Source of the DNA: Nitrospirales bacterium
Lineage (GTDB): Bacteria; Nitrospirota; Nitrospiria; Nitrospirales; UBA8639
Length of the DNA stretch: 64,000 nt
Reading direction: 5' to 3'
NCBI GenBank assembly: GCA_965223295.1
Contig: CBDCWC010000002.1
Location: 128,001-192,000 of the forward strand
The notes beneath the pieces were generated by a model. That model saw nothing but the letters and a program-made list of their open reading frames with translations. It had not been told where the DNA came from and made no database searches. Both the position numbers and the translations under genes were made by a program. Below are positions 28,122 to 38,596 of this stretch, piece by piece (position 1 is the first letter of the stretch; each line of letters begins with the position of its first letter).

Positions 28122-29957
28122 TTAGGCCCGTTTGGCTTGGTTGCGGGCCGCGCGGCGTTCGTTGTCGGTGAGGAAACGTTTGCGTAGCCGGATATTTTTG
28201 GGTGTCACTTCGACCAGTTCATCATCTTCGATAAATTCTAACGCAAATTCCAACGTCATTTCCCGTGGAGGAATGAGGTTGATCGCATCATCCGATCCGG
28301 CTGCGCGAATATTGGTGAGTTTCTTTTCGCGGATCGCATTGACCACAAGGTCGTTCCCTTTATTATTAATGCCGACCAACATCCCTTCATAAATATCGGC
28401 TCCCGGATGAAGGAAGATTTCTCCTCGATCTTGCAACCCCCACAATCCATAGGCCACGGCTTGTCCTGGACCATGAGAAATGAGGACGCCGGCAGAACGA
28501 TGAGGAATATCACCCTTGTAGGGTTGGTATTCATAGAAGATTTGCGACATGATCCCGGTCCCTCTGGTCATCCTCAATAATTCACTCCGAAATCCTAAAA
28601 GAGCCCGTGAGGCAATGTGGAATTCCATACGGACGGTGCCTACCGAGCTAATTTGGAGGTCTTTCATGTCAGCTTTTCGGCTCCCAAGCGCTTCAATTAC
28701 GGCGCCCTGATATCCGGGATCGACTTCCACTACCACCAGTTCAACGGGTTCCAGAACTTCTTTATCGATTTCTTTGAAAATAACTTTAGGCGGAGACACT
28801 TCCAATTCAAAGCCCTCGCGCCGCATGGTTTCAATTAAGATGGATAAATGGAGTTCGCCTCGTCCAGAGACTTTAAAGCGTTCTCCTCCATCGGCTTCTT
28901 CCACTTTGATGCCGACATTCATCATGGCTTCGTGCGCGAGGCGTTCTCGAATATGACGAGATGTGAGAAATCGCCCGCCGTCTTTTCCAGCTAACGGACT
29001 GGTGTTGTGTGAGAAGTTCATAGAAATGGTGGGTTCATCCACATTGACAGTCGGCAGAGCTGTTGGATTTTTAGGAGAGGCCAGGGTTTCGCCAACGCGA
29101 ACATCTTCAATCCCAGCCAAAGAAATAATGTCTCCAGCTTGGGCAGATTCGCTCTCGATACGAGTGAGTCCTTGGTAGGTCAAGAGTTTCGTGACCTTTC
29201 CCTTCGCGACGTTCCCATCTCTTTTGACGGCGACAATTTGATTGCCAACTTCAATTTTTCCATGGACAATCCGGCCAACGGCCACTCGACCGATATAGGA
29301 GTCATATTCCAACATTGTTACAAGCATTTGAAAGGGTTGTTCAGGGTCGGCCACCGGTGGCAAGACTCGATGGATAATGGTGTCTAGTAAGGGTTTCATA
29401 TCTTCGACGGGATCGTGGAGATCTAACGTGGCTTTCCCATCTTTGCCGGAAGCATAGACAATGGGGAAGTCCAATTGTTCGTCAGTGGCGTTGAGTTCAC
29501 AAAACAAGTCGAAGGTCTGATTCACGATTTCTTCGGGCCGCGCATTTGGGCGGTCAATTTTGTTAATGACCACAATGGGTTTCAAATGGAGTTCCAAGGA
29601 CTTTTTGAGGACGAACTTAGTTTGGGGCATCGGGCCTTCAAAGGCATCCACCAAAAGTAGTACGCCGTCTACCATTCGGAGAATTCGTTCAACCTCACTG
29701 CCAAAATCGGCATGGCCTGGGGTATCGACTAAATTGATTCGAATATCTTTATAGTCCAGTGAGGCATTCTTAGAAAAAATTGTGATTCCGCGTTCTTTTT
29801 CCAGGGGATTTGAATCCATGATGACGGCTTCACCTTCTTTGAACACATGGGCGCCGGTCTGTTTGAGCAACGCGTCAACCAAGGTGGTCTTACCATGATC
29901 CACATGCGCGATGATGGCGACATTGCGAAGGTCCTTGCGTCGTTTTTGATTAGGCAT
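28122..29957 (-). CDS. typA: Translational GTPase TypA/BipA
   Basis: [38 protein letters not shown]. Confidence 0.97.
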   Translation of the reverse strand: MPNQKRRKDLRNVAIIAHVDHGKTTLVDALLKQTGAHVFKEGEAVIMDSNPLEKERGITIFSKNASLDYKDIRINLVDTPGHADFGSEVERILRMVDGVLLLVDAFEGPMPQTKFVLKKSLELHLKPIVVINKIDRPNARPEEIVNQTFDLFCELNATDEQLDFPIVYASGKDGKATLDLHDPVEDMKPLLDTIIHRVLPPVADPEQPFQMLVTMLEYDSYIGRVAVGRIVHGKIEVGNQIVAVKRDGNVAKGKVTKLLTYQGLTRIESESAQAGDIISLAGIEDVRVGETLASPKNPTALPTVNVDEPTISMNFSHNTSPLAGKDGGRFLTSRHIRERLAHEAMMNVGIKVEEADGGERFKVSGRGELHLSILIETMRREGFELEVSPPKVIFKEIDKEVLEPVELVVVEVDPGYQGAVIEALGSRKADMKDLQISSVGTVRMEFHIASRALLGFRSELLRMTRGTGIMSQIFYEYQPYKGDIPHRSAGVLISHGPGQAVAYGLWGLQDRGEIFLHPGADIYEGMLVGINNKGNDLVVNAIREKKLTNIRAAGSDDAINLIPPREMTLEFALEFIEDDELVEVTPKNIRLRKRFLTDNERRAARNQAKRA

Positions 29958-30181
29958 GACAAAAATTCCTTTGTACAGGATGGACACATCGCACCAGGCA
30001 CTTAAACGTGATCGTTTAAGGCTCGCGGGTCTTTATCGAGGCCGGTCTGCGGAGATTTGAGCAACGACACCGACCAGAACGGCCGGAGAATGGCTTGGTC
30101 TTACCAGACGGTCGATTCATCTTACACGGTACCGGAACAACGGAGTTAACGCAACCGGAAAGCTTCTGGGGTTACCCCGAA

Positions 30182-31492
30182 TTAGTAGGAGATGTCGAGA
30201 AACTTGACGGGGAGTTCTAAGGTAAAGGTGGCGCCTAGACCTGGGCCTTCGCTCAAAGCCGTAAGGCTTCCTCCTAAATTTTTGGCGGCGATGGCATTGC
30301 GATGGAGGCTATCTCCCTGGTCGCTTCCTGATGTTGAACAAGATTGGGCAAAAATTCTTTGGAGATTTTCGTTCGGGATTCCAATGCCTGTATCGCGTAC
30401 CTGGACGATGACTCGATTCTTGTCTGCTGAATGCAAATGAACCCGAATGGTAATGTGGTGCAGATCTGAGTCTTGTTGCTGAATGGCAACTTGAGCATTA
30501 CGAATTAAGTTGTTCGCAATTTGGACAATGGATTGCTTGTCCGTAATCACTTGGGGAAGGTCGGCATAGTCTCTGGTTATGGTAATGTGCTGGCGCTCAA
30601 GTTCCTGAGCATTCATGTCTAAGGCGCTTTCGATCAGGTCTTTCAAGATCATGGGTTCATGAATGGCGTTGGTTTGCGTCAGATCCTGCTGAGCAGTGAT
30701 GATGTCATTGACATGATCAATTTGCCCAATTAAGGAATCCAGGTCCTGACATGTCTGAGCATGCTGATCGCGTAAATGGTCTCCGAGTTGCCGGAGAAAG
30801 GCCGGGATTTTTTGGCCTTTGGCATCTTGAGTCAGGAACGATCCTAAGTCTTCCTTATGGTGTTCCAACAGGCTAGAAATGCGCTTCACATCCTGAATGG
30901 GCATGTCACGAACATGTTGTGCAATGAGGCCCGCGGAGACATTCAAGCTGTTTAACACATTGCCAACATTGTGGAGAACGTCAGTGGCGACTTCTGCCAT
31001 GCCCAGCCGGCGAGAACTTTCCAAAAGCTCATGGGTCAACCGTTCTCGTTCAATAGCGGCTTTGCGACGTTCTTGCGCATGTCGTATGACCCGTTCCAAA
31101 AGGCCGGGGTTGGTTTCCCCCTTGACCACATAATCGGCGGCTCCCAGTTTAATGGCTTGCATGTCAATTTCCGGATCAGTCGTTCCTGTCAGCATGATAA
31201 TGGGTACACGGCAGCCGAATCGCAGCGCTTCCCCTAGAACATCCAGTCCGGTTTCTTTGCCGAGGCAATAATCCAATAGGCAAATATCGTGAGTATCTTC
31301 TTTGAGCCTTTCCAAGCCTTGGCGAAAGGTTGACACCCATTGGACATCAAAGGTGCGGCCTCGAACCCTGGTCAACATGGCTTCTGCGATCAGAGCATCA
31401 TCTTCGTTGTCATCAACAAGAAGGACACGCATAGGGACAGTGTTCATGTTGGAGCTGGCAGTCTCTATTGGAGGTTGAGTCGTTTCAAGCAT
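30182..31492 (-). CDS. REC-histidine kinase hybrid with degenerate ATP lid
   Basis: N-terminal REC, VLHNVGNVL H-box, DTGIG; F/G2 box reads QSCSTSGSDQGDSL. Confidence 0.8.
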   Translation of the reverse strand: MLETTQPPIETASSNMNTVPMRVLLVDDNEDDALIAEAMLTRVRGRTFDVQWVSTFRQGLERLKEDTHDICLLDYCLGKETGLDVLGEALRFGCRVPIIMLTGTTDPEIDMQAIKLGAADYVVKGETNPGLLERVIRHAQERRKAAIERERLTHELLESSRRLGMAEVATDVLHNVGNVLNSLNVSAGLIAQHVRDMPIQDVKRISSLLEHHKEDLGSFLTQDAKGQKIPAFLRQLGDHLRDQHAQTCQDLDSLIGQIDHVNDIITAQQDLTQTNAIHEPMILKDLIESALDMNAQELERQHITITRDYADLPQVITDKQSIVQIANNLIRNAQVAIQQQDSDLHHITIRVHLHSADKNRVIVQVRDTGIGIPNENLQRIFAQSCSTSGSDQGDSLHRNAIAAKNLGGSLTALSEGPGLGATFTLELPVKFLDISY

Positions 31493-31526
31493 CTGTATTC
31501 TATTCCAGGAAGGTTTGGTTAGTGGA

Positions 31527-31925
31527 TCACAATGCTAGGCAGACGTTGGGATGTTCGATAGCAGCTCGCAAGGCTGCTAACAGATAATTGAAATCGTAAG
31601 GTTTTTCAAAAAACGCCGTTTCTCCAATGGCCATGGCTTTTTGGCGTAATTCGGGTTGTTTGCTAGCCGTCAAAAAGATGATGGGAGCGTTTTGGCTTTT
31701 GGTCGACGTTTTCAAGCGTTCTGCCAGCGTCAGTCCGTTGCCGCCGAGCATCGTAATATCAAGCAAGATCGCATCAGGACTGGTATCCATGGCTTTTTGC
31801 ATGCCCATGACGGCATCAAAGGCTAGTGCGGTCTGATATCCACGTGCGTTTAAGCGGACCTCTAAGGCTTTGGAAATATTTTCATCATCTTCAATAATCA
31901 ACACTTTGTGGTTCATCTCAAGCAC
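31527..31925 (-). CDS. Single-domain response regulator
   Basis: IEDD, LLDITM, FLTA, EKPY. Confidence 0.88.
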   Translation of the reverse strand: MLEMNHKVLIIEDDENISKALEVRLNARGYQTALAFDAVMGMQKAMDTSPDAILLDITMLGGNGLTLAERLKTSTKSQNAPIIFLTASKQPELRQKAMAIGETAFFEKPYDFNYLLAALRAAIEHPNVCLAL

Positions 31926-33099
31926 TCCTTTGCTTTGGCCTTGAACCTCGTATAGTGAAACTAAATGTACTGCCCTGTCCCACTGTGCTGGAAACCGACA
32001 TGGTGCCTTCGTGCAGCTTGATCAGTTCTCGACAGATGAACAAGCCAAGTCCCAGACCAGGAGAGGAAGCTGAAGGATCTTTTTCCACTTGATAAAGGCG
32101 TTCGAAAATCCCCGCGAGTTTGGCCTGAGGGATTCCCATACCCGTATCCTGAATTGATATCCGTACTCGGCCTGAGCAGAGTGGATCTTGAGAGGCGAGC
32201 ACGAGCACACTTCCAGATTGTTCGGTGAATTTCAGGGCATTATCCACTAGATTGAGGAGAACTTGGCGGATACGTTGAACATCCATTATGACATGTGGGA
32301 GATCAGTATCGAGAGACGATTGTAATGTGATGTGTTTAGCCTGAGCTTTTGGTGCCAGATAATCGAGAACCTCGCCGACCAGGGGAACGAGATCTGCTGG
32401 TTCTTGTTGTAGGCTCAATTTGCCTGTTTCCAATCGAGTAATGTCATAGAGGTCGTTAATGTTTCGATCTAAATGCCCGCAGCACCCTTGGATGCGCTCA
32501 AGAAAATGTGTCTGTTCAGTATCAAGTGGGCCCGAAATACCCTCTAACAGTATATTGGCGAACTCCGAGGCTGCCGTGAGAGGTGTTTTGAGTTCGTGAG
32601 CTAATAAGTGATAGAAACGCTGAACCTCTTCTGTTCGTTGTTGGAGTTCTCTATTGGTTTTCTCTAATTGCTGCTGATGGGCAGCTAGTTCGGCTTGTAG
32701 TCGAATCTTTTCTATCCCATGAGAAATGGTTCGCTGGAGATTTTCGGAAGAAATATGTTGTTTGGAAAGGTAGTCGCTCGTGCCTGCTTGAAGAGCTTGA
32801 GGGACCAATTCTTCGTTGCCATGGCCGGTCAACATGATCATTGGAATATTTGGACACATTGGATGGGTCTCATGTAAGAACTCGATCCCGGTCCGAGACC
32901 CCAAGTTATGGTCAAGCAACCCAACATCATATTGCTTCTCTTGAATCCAAGTTAAGCCCGCATCATAGGAACGCGCCCAATCCAGTTCAAAGTGGGGACC
33001 TGGAATTTGTCCGAGAAGCGCTTGAGTAATAATGGCGTCTTCCTCATCATCGTCTACGCGCAACACCTTAATGGCTGTCTTGGTGGTAGGAGTTGCCAT
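31918..33099 (-). CDS. REC-histidine kinase hybrid
   Basis: REC, AHELKTPL, NALKF, DTGMG, GLGLGL. Confidence 0.9.
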   Translation of the reverse strand: MATPTTKTAIKVLRVDDDEEDAIITQALLGQIPGPHFELDWARSYDAGLTWIQEKQYDVGLLDHNLGSRTGIEFLHETHPMCPNIPMIMLTGHGNEELVPQALQAGTSDYLSKQHISSENLQRTISHGIEKIRLQAELAAHQQQLEKTNRELQQRTEEVQRFYHLLAHELKTPLTAASEFANILLEGISGPLDTEQTHFLERIQGCCGHLDRNINDLYDITRLETGKLSLQQEPADLVPLVGEVLDYLAPKAQAKHITLQSSLDTDLPHVIMDVQRIRQVLLNLVDNALKFTEQSGSVLVLASQDPLCSGRVRISIQDTGMGIPQAKLAGIFERLYQVEKDPSASSPGLGLGLFICRELIKLHEGTMSVSSTVGQGSTFSFTIRGSRPKQRSA

Positions 33100-33103
33100 T
33101 GGC

Positions 33104-33550
33104 TTAGGCGGCTCCTCGTAGTTCCAGGGCCATCTGGCCCAATTCTTTGATAATGTGTTGATAGTCTTCAAAGTTTTCGGGTTTTGTGATGTAGTCAACC
33201 GCTCCCAAGGTTACAGAATGTTGGATATCCTGGGGGTTGCTGGAATCGGACAACACGACGGTGGGGATGTGCCGCCATTCGTGATGAGAACTAAGTTCTA
33301 GTAATACCTTGCGGCCATCTTTTCGAGGCATATTGAGATCCAGAAGAATGAGCCATGGCCAGGGTAGGTTCTTCATGCCTCGATATCGACGACGCCGAAA
33401 AAGATAGTCCAAGAGTTCTCTCCCGTCATGGACAAATCGCACATCAAATCCTAAATGAGTCTCCTCCCATGCTCGCATCGCGATGAGGCAATCATCCGGG
33501 TTGTCTTCTGCAATTAAGACCATTGGAGTTGTAGCCTGTTCTAACATCAT
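33104..33550 (-). CDS. Rcp1-like response regulator
   Basis: AEDN, LLDLNMPRKDG, YITKP. Confidence 0.88.
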   Translation of the reverse strand: MMLEQATTPMVLIAEDNPDDCLIAMRAWEETHLGFDVRFVHDGRELLDYLFRRRRYRGMKNLPWPWLILLDLNMPRKDGRKVLLELSSHHEWRHIPTVVLSDSSNPQDIQHSVTLGAVDYITKPENFEDYQHIIKELGQMALELRGAA

Positions 33551-33674
33551 GGTTCAGGGTCTCCTCCGTTTAGTCGGCACACGTGAAATATTCAGGATTG
33601 AGTTGTATTGAAATTCCTCAATTCTCTCTTCTGTTTCATCACTATTCTATGAATGTGGCAGGCAAATGACGGGC

Positions 33675-33707
33675 AAAAAAAAAGCCCATTCTCATTGGAG
33701 AATGGGC
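33675..33707 (-). terminator. Intrinsic terminator (riboswitch expression platform)
   Basis: Minus strand GCCCATTCTC-CAAT-GAGAATGGGC followed by T9. Confidence 0.85.
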
Positions 33708-33735
33708 GCAACTGGATTAAGCGAACTGCGGTCCA

Positions 33736-33828
33736 GTGGTAGCTAGGCTAACCGAAATTCGTTACTGCTCGTGACCGGTCCCTTGGCTTTGCGTCCCATC
33801 CTCGCGAATGGTTTGCCTTTTTCACCGT
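33736..33828 (-). ncRNA. Cyclic di-GMP-I (GEMM) riboswitch aptamer
   Basis: Minus strand GGCAAACCATTCGCGAGGATGGGACGCAAAGCC...GGTTAGCCTAGCTACC matches the GEMM-I consensus; G at the Vc2 G20-equivalent position. Confidence 0.9.
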
Positions 33829-34038
33829 ATAGCATGTTTATCGGTGTATTCTGACAAAGCTTAATGGAAAGGCTATGGTGAGGAAAACTAACCCAGAATG
33901 AATGAGGGAGAAAGAAGCGTATCTGAGAGGATTCTTGAAAAAAAGCTATGAAGATTAAGTACTTTTTCAAACAAGCCGATAATTTGTAGAAAGTGAAATT
34001 TTCTAGAAGATTGCAAAATTGACCGTGGTCTGATTGAG

Positions 34039-35970
34039 ATGAAGACATTCCCACCCTCCCTATACACGGTGCCAATCCTTATAACACCCTTTGTGCTGTT
34101 AGGAATTGATATGGTGGCTCCTTTAGGGGTTGCGTTAGGTGTACTCCAGGTCGCAACAGTGTTGTTCACGCTCCCTCTGAAACATCGTCGCTTCACCTTG
34201 TTTGTGGGGGGGCAAACGAGTCTCTGTATTGCACTCGGATATTGGGCCTCGCCAATTGGGGGAGAATCGCTATGGATGGCTCAAATAAATCGGGTGCTTT
34301 CTCTAGGAGTGGTGTGGTCGACGACATGGGTTGTGCTTGGCGTGATAGGCAATGCTTCGCTATTAGAAGGTTTACTCCAAGACGTTAAGGCCGCACGAAA
34401 AGAACTCGGTGAGACAGAGAAGCAATTGCGACAGATTATTGAAGCAGCTCCTAGTGGTATTGTCATGGTTGATCAACAGGGACAGATTACCCTTGCCAAT
34501 GAATTGATTATCCAGCAATTTGGCTATGCGAAAGAGGAAGTCATTGGGCAACCTATTGAGGCCCTTCTCCCTGACCGATTCAGAGAGCAGCATGTGGGGT
34601 TTCGTAAAGAATTTTTTGGTTCTCCTGAGTCTCGAAAAATGGGAAAGAATCGTGAGCTGTGCGGGCAACGTAAGGATGGCGCTGAGTTTCCTGTGGAAGT
34701 GACGTTGGCGCCTATTACGATGGAGGAAGGTTCGTTTGTTTTGGCCGCAGTGGTTGATATCACCGAACGGATCCAGGCGAGAAAAGCATTAATGGAAAGT
34801 GAAGCGCGAAATCGACATATTTTGGAATCAGCCGGTGAAGGTATTTTTGGTCTTGATATGAATGGCCACACCATCTTTGTGAATCCTGCAGCAGGAAGCA
34901 TGTTGGGCTATTCCCCTGAAGAGTTAATTGGTGCTTCAATGCATGACTTGCTCCACCACACGAAATCGGATGGATCGGCATACCCAAGGGAAGAATGCCC
35001 TATATGTGCGACTTTTGTGGATGGCTCCCCTCATCATGTGGAAGACGAGATATTCTGGCGAAAAGATGGGGCCAGTTTTCCTGTGGCCTATTCGAGTAGT
35101 CCCAAACGAGACGAACTCGGTCAGGTGTCTGGCGCAGTCGTGACATTTGCAGATATCACGGCTAAAAAGGAGGTTGAACAGGCTCTCTTGAAACGGAATC
35201 ATGCTCTAAAAGCCAGCAACCAAGAACTTGATGATTTTGCCTATATTGTCTCTCATGATTTGAAGGAGCCTTTGCGAGGCATCCATAACTATTCATCAAT
35301 TATTTTAGAGGATCATAGGGATGGGCTCCCTAATGATGTGCGGACCAGGTGTGAGACGTTGCTTCGATTATCCCAGCATATGGAAACATTGCTTGATTCG
35401 CTTTTGTACTACTCGAGGGATGGCCGATCGGAGCTCGCGATGAAGCCGACGGATCTCGGTTCTGTTGTCCAGAATATTCTGGAGTCACTTGATGTGAGTT
35501 TAAAAGAATGTGGAACTCTCGTAAAAATCTCACAGGATTTTCCCACGCTTTTATGTGACCGTGTCCGAGTGGGTGAGATTTTCAGGAATTTGATTACCAA
35601 TGCCATAAAGTACAACGATAAGTCTGAGAAATGGATTGAAATTGGCTACCGTGAGGATCAATCAGATGTACTTGAGGTTCTATCGCCTCTGGTTTTTTAT
35701 GTTCGTGATAATGGCATTGGTATTCGAAAAAAGCATCTGGATTCCGTTTTTCGGATGTTTAAACGTTTGAATGGGCGGGATAAATTTGGTGGTGGGACAG
35801 GAGCGGGTTTAACCCTGACCAAAAAGATGGTGGAACGTCATGGCGGACGAATCTGGGTAGAATCCACGTTTGGTGAGGGAACCACCTTCTACTTTACGCT
35901 ACAAGGAAGCTACGAAGCTCAAGAGGAACGGTCTCAAGCTATGGAGCCTCTAGAAATTGTTGCCAGGTGA
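34039..35970 (+). CDS. Membrane PAS-PAS histidine kinase (Cph1-type kinase core)
   Basis: N-terminal TMs, two PAS/PAC, SHDLKEPL, NAIKY, DNGIG, GTGAGL. Confidence 0.92.
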   Translation: MKTFPPSLYTVPILITPFVLLGIDMVAPLGVALGVLQVATVLFTLPLKHRRFTLFVGGQTSLCIALGYWASPIGGESLWMAQINRVLSLGVVWSTTWVVLGVIGNASLLEGLLQDVKAARKELGETEKQLRQIIEAAPSGIVMVDQQGQITLANELIIQQFGYAKEEVIGQPIEALLPDRFREQHVGFRKEFFGSPESRKMGKNRELCGQRKDGAEFPVEVTLAPITMEEGSFVLAAVVDITERIQARKALMESEARNRHILESAGEGIFGLDMNGHTIFVNPAAGSMLGYSPEELIGASMHDLLHHTKSDGSAYPREECPICATFVDGSPHHVEDEIFWRKDGASFPVAYSSSPKRDELGQVSGAVVTFADITAKKEVEQALLKRNHALKASNQELDDFAYIVSHDLKEPLRGIHNYSSIILEDHRDGLPNDVRTRCETLLRLSQHMETLLDSLLYYSRDGRSELAMKPTDLGSVVQNILESLDVSLKECGTLVKISQDFPTLLCDRVRVGEIFRNLITNAIKYNDKSEKWIEIGYREDQSDVLEVLSPLVFYVRDNGIGIRKKHLDSVFRMFKRLNGRDKFGGGTGAGLTLTKKMVERHGGRIWVESTFGEGTTFYFTLQGSYEAQEERSQAMEPLEIVAR

Positions 35971-36193
35971 TGTTTAGACCGTATGAGATCTGACGGTTGA
36001 TGAAGGAATGCTCTTTATGGCATCTCAATTTTTCTTTACAAAATACTCTGACTTCTTCTCCCTGTCGCGGTATGGCCTCGAAGAGAGGACAAGGCTGTGG
36101 TGAAGGTGAAGACGTTTGGAGGTTTGTGATGGCCAAGAAAGGTGGCATCACTTTTTTGTTTAATTCCTATTGCAAAACCAGAGAGAATGTACA

Positions 36194-36652
36194 ATGCCAA
36201 TGACTCCCAATCAACCAATTTTACTCGTCGAGGACAATGCAGAAGATTTTGAAACCGCTGTTCGAAGTCTGAAAAAGGCGGGGTTAAAAAATTCTATCTA
36301 TCGATGTCTGGATGGTGAAGATGCTTTGGACTATCTCTACAAACGGGGTGCGTATGGTGAGCCCGGCTCAGCGCCTCGTCCGGGAATTGTGCTGCTGGAT
36401 CTCAACTTGCCTGGGACGGATGGGCGTGAAGTGTTAGAGGAAGTGAAACAAGACCCCGCTCTCAAAACAATTCCTATCGTAGTGCTGACTACGTCAACTG
36501 ACGAGCTGGATATCGAGCGATGTTATCAGGCAGGGGCCAATAGCTATATGCATAAACCCGTCGACTTGGATGGGTTTGTGAGATCCATGGCACGCATGAA
36601 GGACTATTGGTTTGAAGTGGTTATTATGCCGAAGGGAGAGGAGACGACATGA
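36194..36652 (+). CDS. Rcp1-like response regulator
   Basis: VEDN, LLDLNLP, LTTS, GANSYMHKP, YWF. Confidence 0.92.
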   Translation: MPMTPNQPILLVEDNAEDFETAVRSLKKAGLKNSIYRCLDGEDALDYLYKRGAYGEPGSAPRPGIVLLDLNLPGTDGREVLEEVKQDPALKTIPIVVLTTSTDELDIERCYQAGANSYMHKPVDLDGFVRSMARMKDYWFEVVIMPKGEETT

Positions 36653-37812
36653 ATCCAGTCCCCCTCTCAATCCTGATCATTGATGATTGTCCAGAAGACC
36701 GTGCGGTATTTGTGCGGTATTTCGAAAAAATGACTGAACGAAATTTTCAGGTCATTCAGACTGATTCAGGCGAAGAGGGGTTAAAATTATGCCGGCAAGA
36801 AAATCCTGACTGTGTACTTATTGATTATCAAATACCCGATCTGGATGGGCTGGAGTTCCTTCAGGCTTTAGCAAAAGATGACAAGTATTGCTTTCTTCCT
36901 GTCTTAATGTTGACGGGGCAAGGGGATGAGAATATCGCGATTGAAGCGATGAAGGCTGGAGCCAGCGATTATTTGGTGAAAGGGAAGCTAACGGCAGAAG
37001 GTTTGTTTCGGGCGGTCACCCGGGCCATTGAAAAATCCCATTTGTTGCGGACCAACGACCAACAGCGTCGGGAAATTGAGCGGTCCTATCATGAGCTGGA
37101 ACAGTTTGCACATACGGCCTCTCATGATCTGCAGGCTCCGATACGTCGAATCACGAAATTTCTTGAACTCCTAAAAATGGATCAGGGAGATGCTCTGAAT
37201 GATCGATCAAAAGACTATTTGGTGCGTGCACTCAAGTGCGCATCTCATATGCAAGGACTGATTCAAGACTTATTAGATTATTCGTTGGTTGGTGGTGCCG
37301 ACAAGGCGTTTCAGCCGGTGAATTTGGAAGAGGTGATGAATGAGGTGTTGTCTCAACTCGACGGGATGATTGCGAAAGCGCATGCCACCATTAACGTCGA
37401 CACTCTGCCCGTCGTGGTAGGCAATCATACATTCTTGTATCAACTATTCCAAAATTTACTAGTGAACGCCATGAAGTTTCGAAGTGAGGACCCACCTCGA
37501 GTCGAGATTTCTGCGCGCGACAGTGGGGACAAATGGGTTCTGACTGTGAAGGATAATGGGGTAGGGATTCCCACGTACGCGTATGACAAAATTTTTGGTA
37601 TTTTTCAACGTCTTGATAATGGGAATCAGGTGGAGGGAACAGGAATCGGGCTTGCCCTGTGCAAAAAAATTGTGGATCTTCATGATGGACGAATTTGGAT
37701 TGAATCTACCGTTCATGAAGGAACCTCGTTTCACTTTACTCTGCCAGCCTGCCTTGAGCATGTTGAAGCGATAATGCATGAAGCCGCCGGCACTGCTAAA
37801 CAGTACGCGTAG
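36649..37812 (+). CDS. REC-histidine kinase hybrid
   Basis: REC, SHDLQAP, NAMKF, DNGVG, GTGIGL. Confidence 0.92.
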   Translation: MNPVPLSILIIDDCPEDRAVFVRYFEKMTERNFQVIQTDSGEEGLKLCRQENPDCVLIDYQIPDLDGLEFLQALAKDDKYCFLPVLMLTGQGDENIAIEAMKAGASDYLVKGKLTAEGLFRAVTRAIEKSHLLRTNDQQRREIERSYHELEQFAHTASHDLQAPIRRITKFLELLKMDQGDALNDRSKDYLVRALKCASHMQGLIQDLLDYSLVGGADKAFQPVNLEEVMNEVLSQLDGMIAKAHATINVDTLPVVVGNHTFLYQLFQNLLVNAMKFRSEDPPRVEISARDSGDKWVLTVKDNGVGIPTYAYDKIFGIFQRLDNGNQVEGTGIGLALCKKIVDLHDGRIWIESTVHEGTSFHFTLPACLEHVEAIMHEAAGTAKQYA

Positions 37813-37888
37813 TGCTCCCAACCCTCAGAAAAAGTTCTTGCGTAAACGAACGCGAGGGCTGGTGTCTTTTAACTCTACTGGGCAGGAA

Positions 37889-38596
37889 TCAAGACATAGA
37901 TTTTTGCGAGATTGAAAATTTATCATCGTTGCTAAAGATGTGTTCACCACCAGCAATCCTTGAAGCTGATGTTTGGGAGTCAGCAGGGAGAGTCTGCAAT
38001 TGAGCTTGTACAACATAGCGCAGCGGCCCGCCTGGGACTAGTGCATCGAATGGATAACAGGTGATGAGTTGTAAGATGGTTTTGTGTTGATCTAACGAAA
38101 GCTTTTTGATTCGACTATCGATGACCTCTATTTTTTCAACCACAAAAGTATGCCATTCTCCTTGAGTCGTCTGGACCTTTATTCTATCCCCTAGCTGCAA
38201 GTCTTGGACAAATGAAAAATGCGTATCACGGTGTCCGCTTAAAATTAAACTCTCCGGATCGGTTCGAAAAAGTTTTCTAGTCCTCACCATCCCAGGCCCA
38301 AAGGCTAAGGATTGTCCGCTCGCATCTGCCAGAATGATTTGATTGATCGCTAATCTTGGAACGACTAGGTGACCGACTGGCGATGTGTCAGCCCATGGCC
38401 ACGGTTTAACTGGCTGGTGCGTCCTCAGTGTCTCCTGCCAAGCATGCTGTAATAGCCACTGTGCCGCGAGAGCTTTGGCCTGAATCCAGAGCCCTTGTCC
38501 AATCAGCCAGCCGCCTAAGACGAATAGCAGACTTGCAACAATCCACACCATGCGATGGGTGGTCAGCGCGTGAGTTGTCGTTTGGTCCAGATCCAT
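37889..38596 (-). CDS. Class GN (marine proteobacterial-type) sortase
   Basis: KPWPWADT, LAFGPG, GHRDTHF, ITCYPF...GGPLRY. Confidence 0.92.
   Translation of the reverse strand: MDLDQTTTHALTTHRMVWIVASLLFVLGGWLIGQGLWIQAKALAAQWLLQHAWQETLRTHQPVKPWPWADTSPVGHLVVPRLAINQIILADASGQSLAFGPGMVRTRKLFRTDPESLILSGHRDTHFSFVQDLQLGDRIKVQTTQGEWHTFVVEKIEVIDSRIKKLSLDQHKTILQLITCYPFDALVPGGPLRYVVQAQLQTLPADSQTSASRIAGGEHIFSNDDKFSISQKSMS

Noticed and set aside
34039-36652. Phytochrome system suggested by Cph1/Rcp1-like kinase and regulator
   Set aside because: No GAF-PHY bilin-binding module; the inputs are TM and PAS only.
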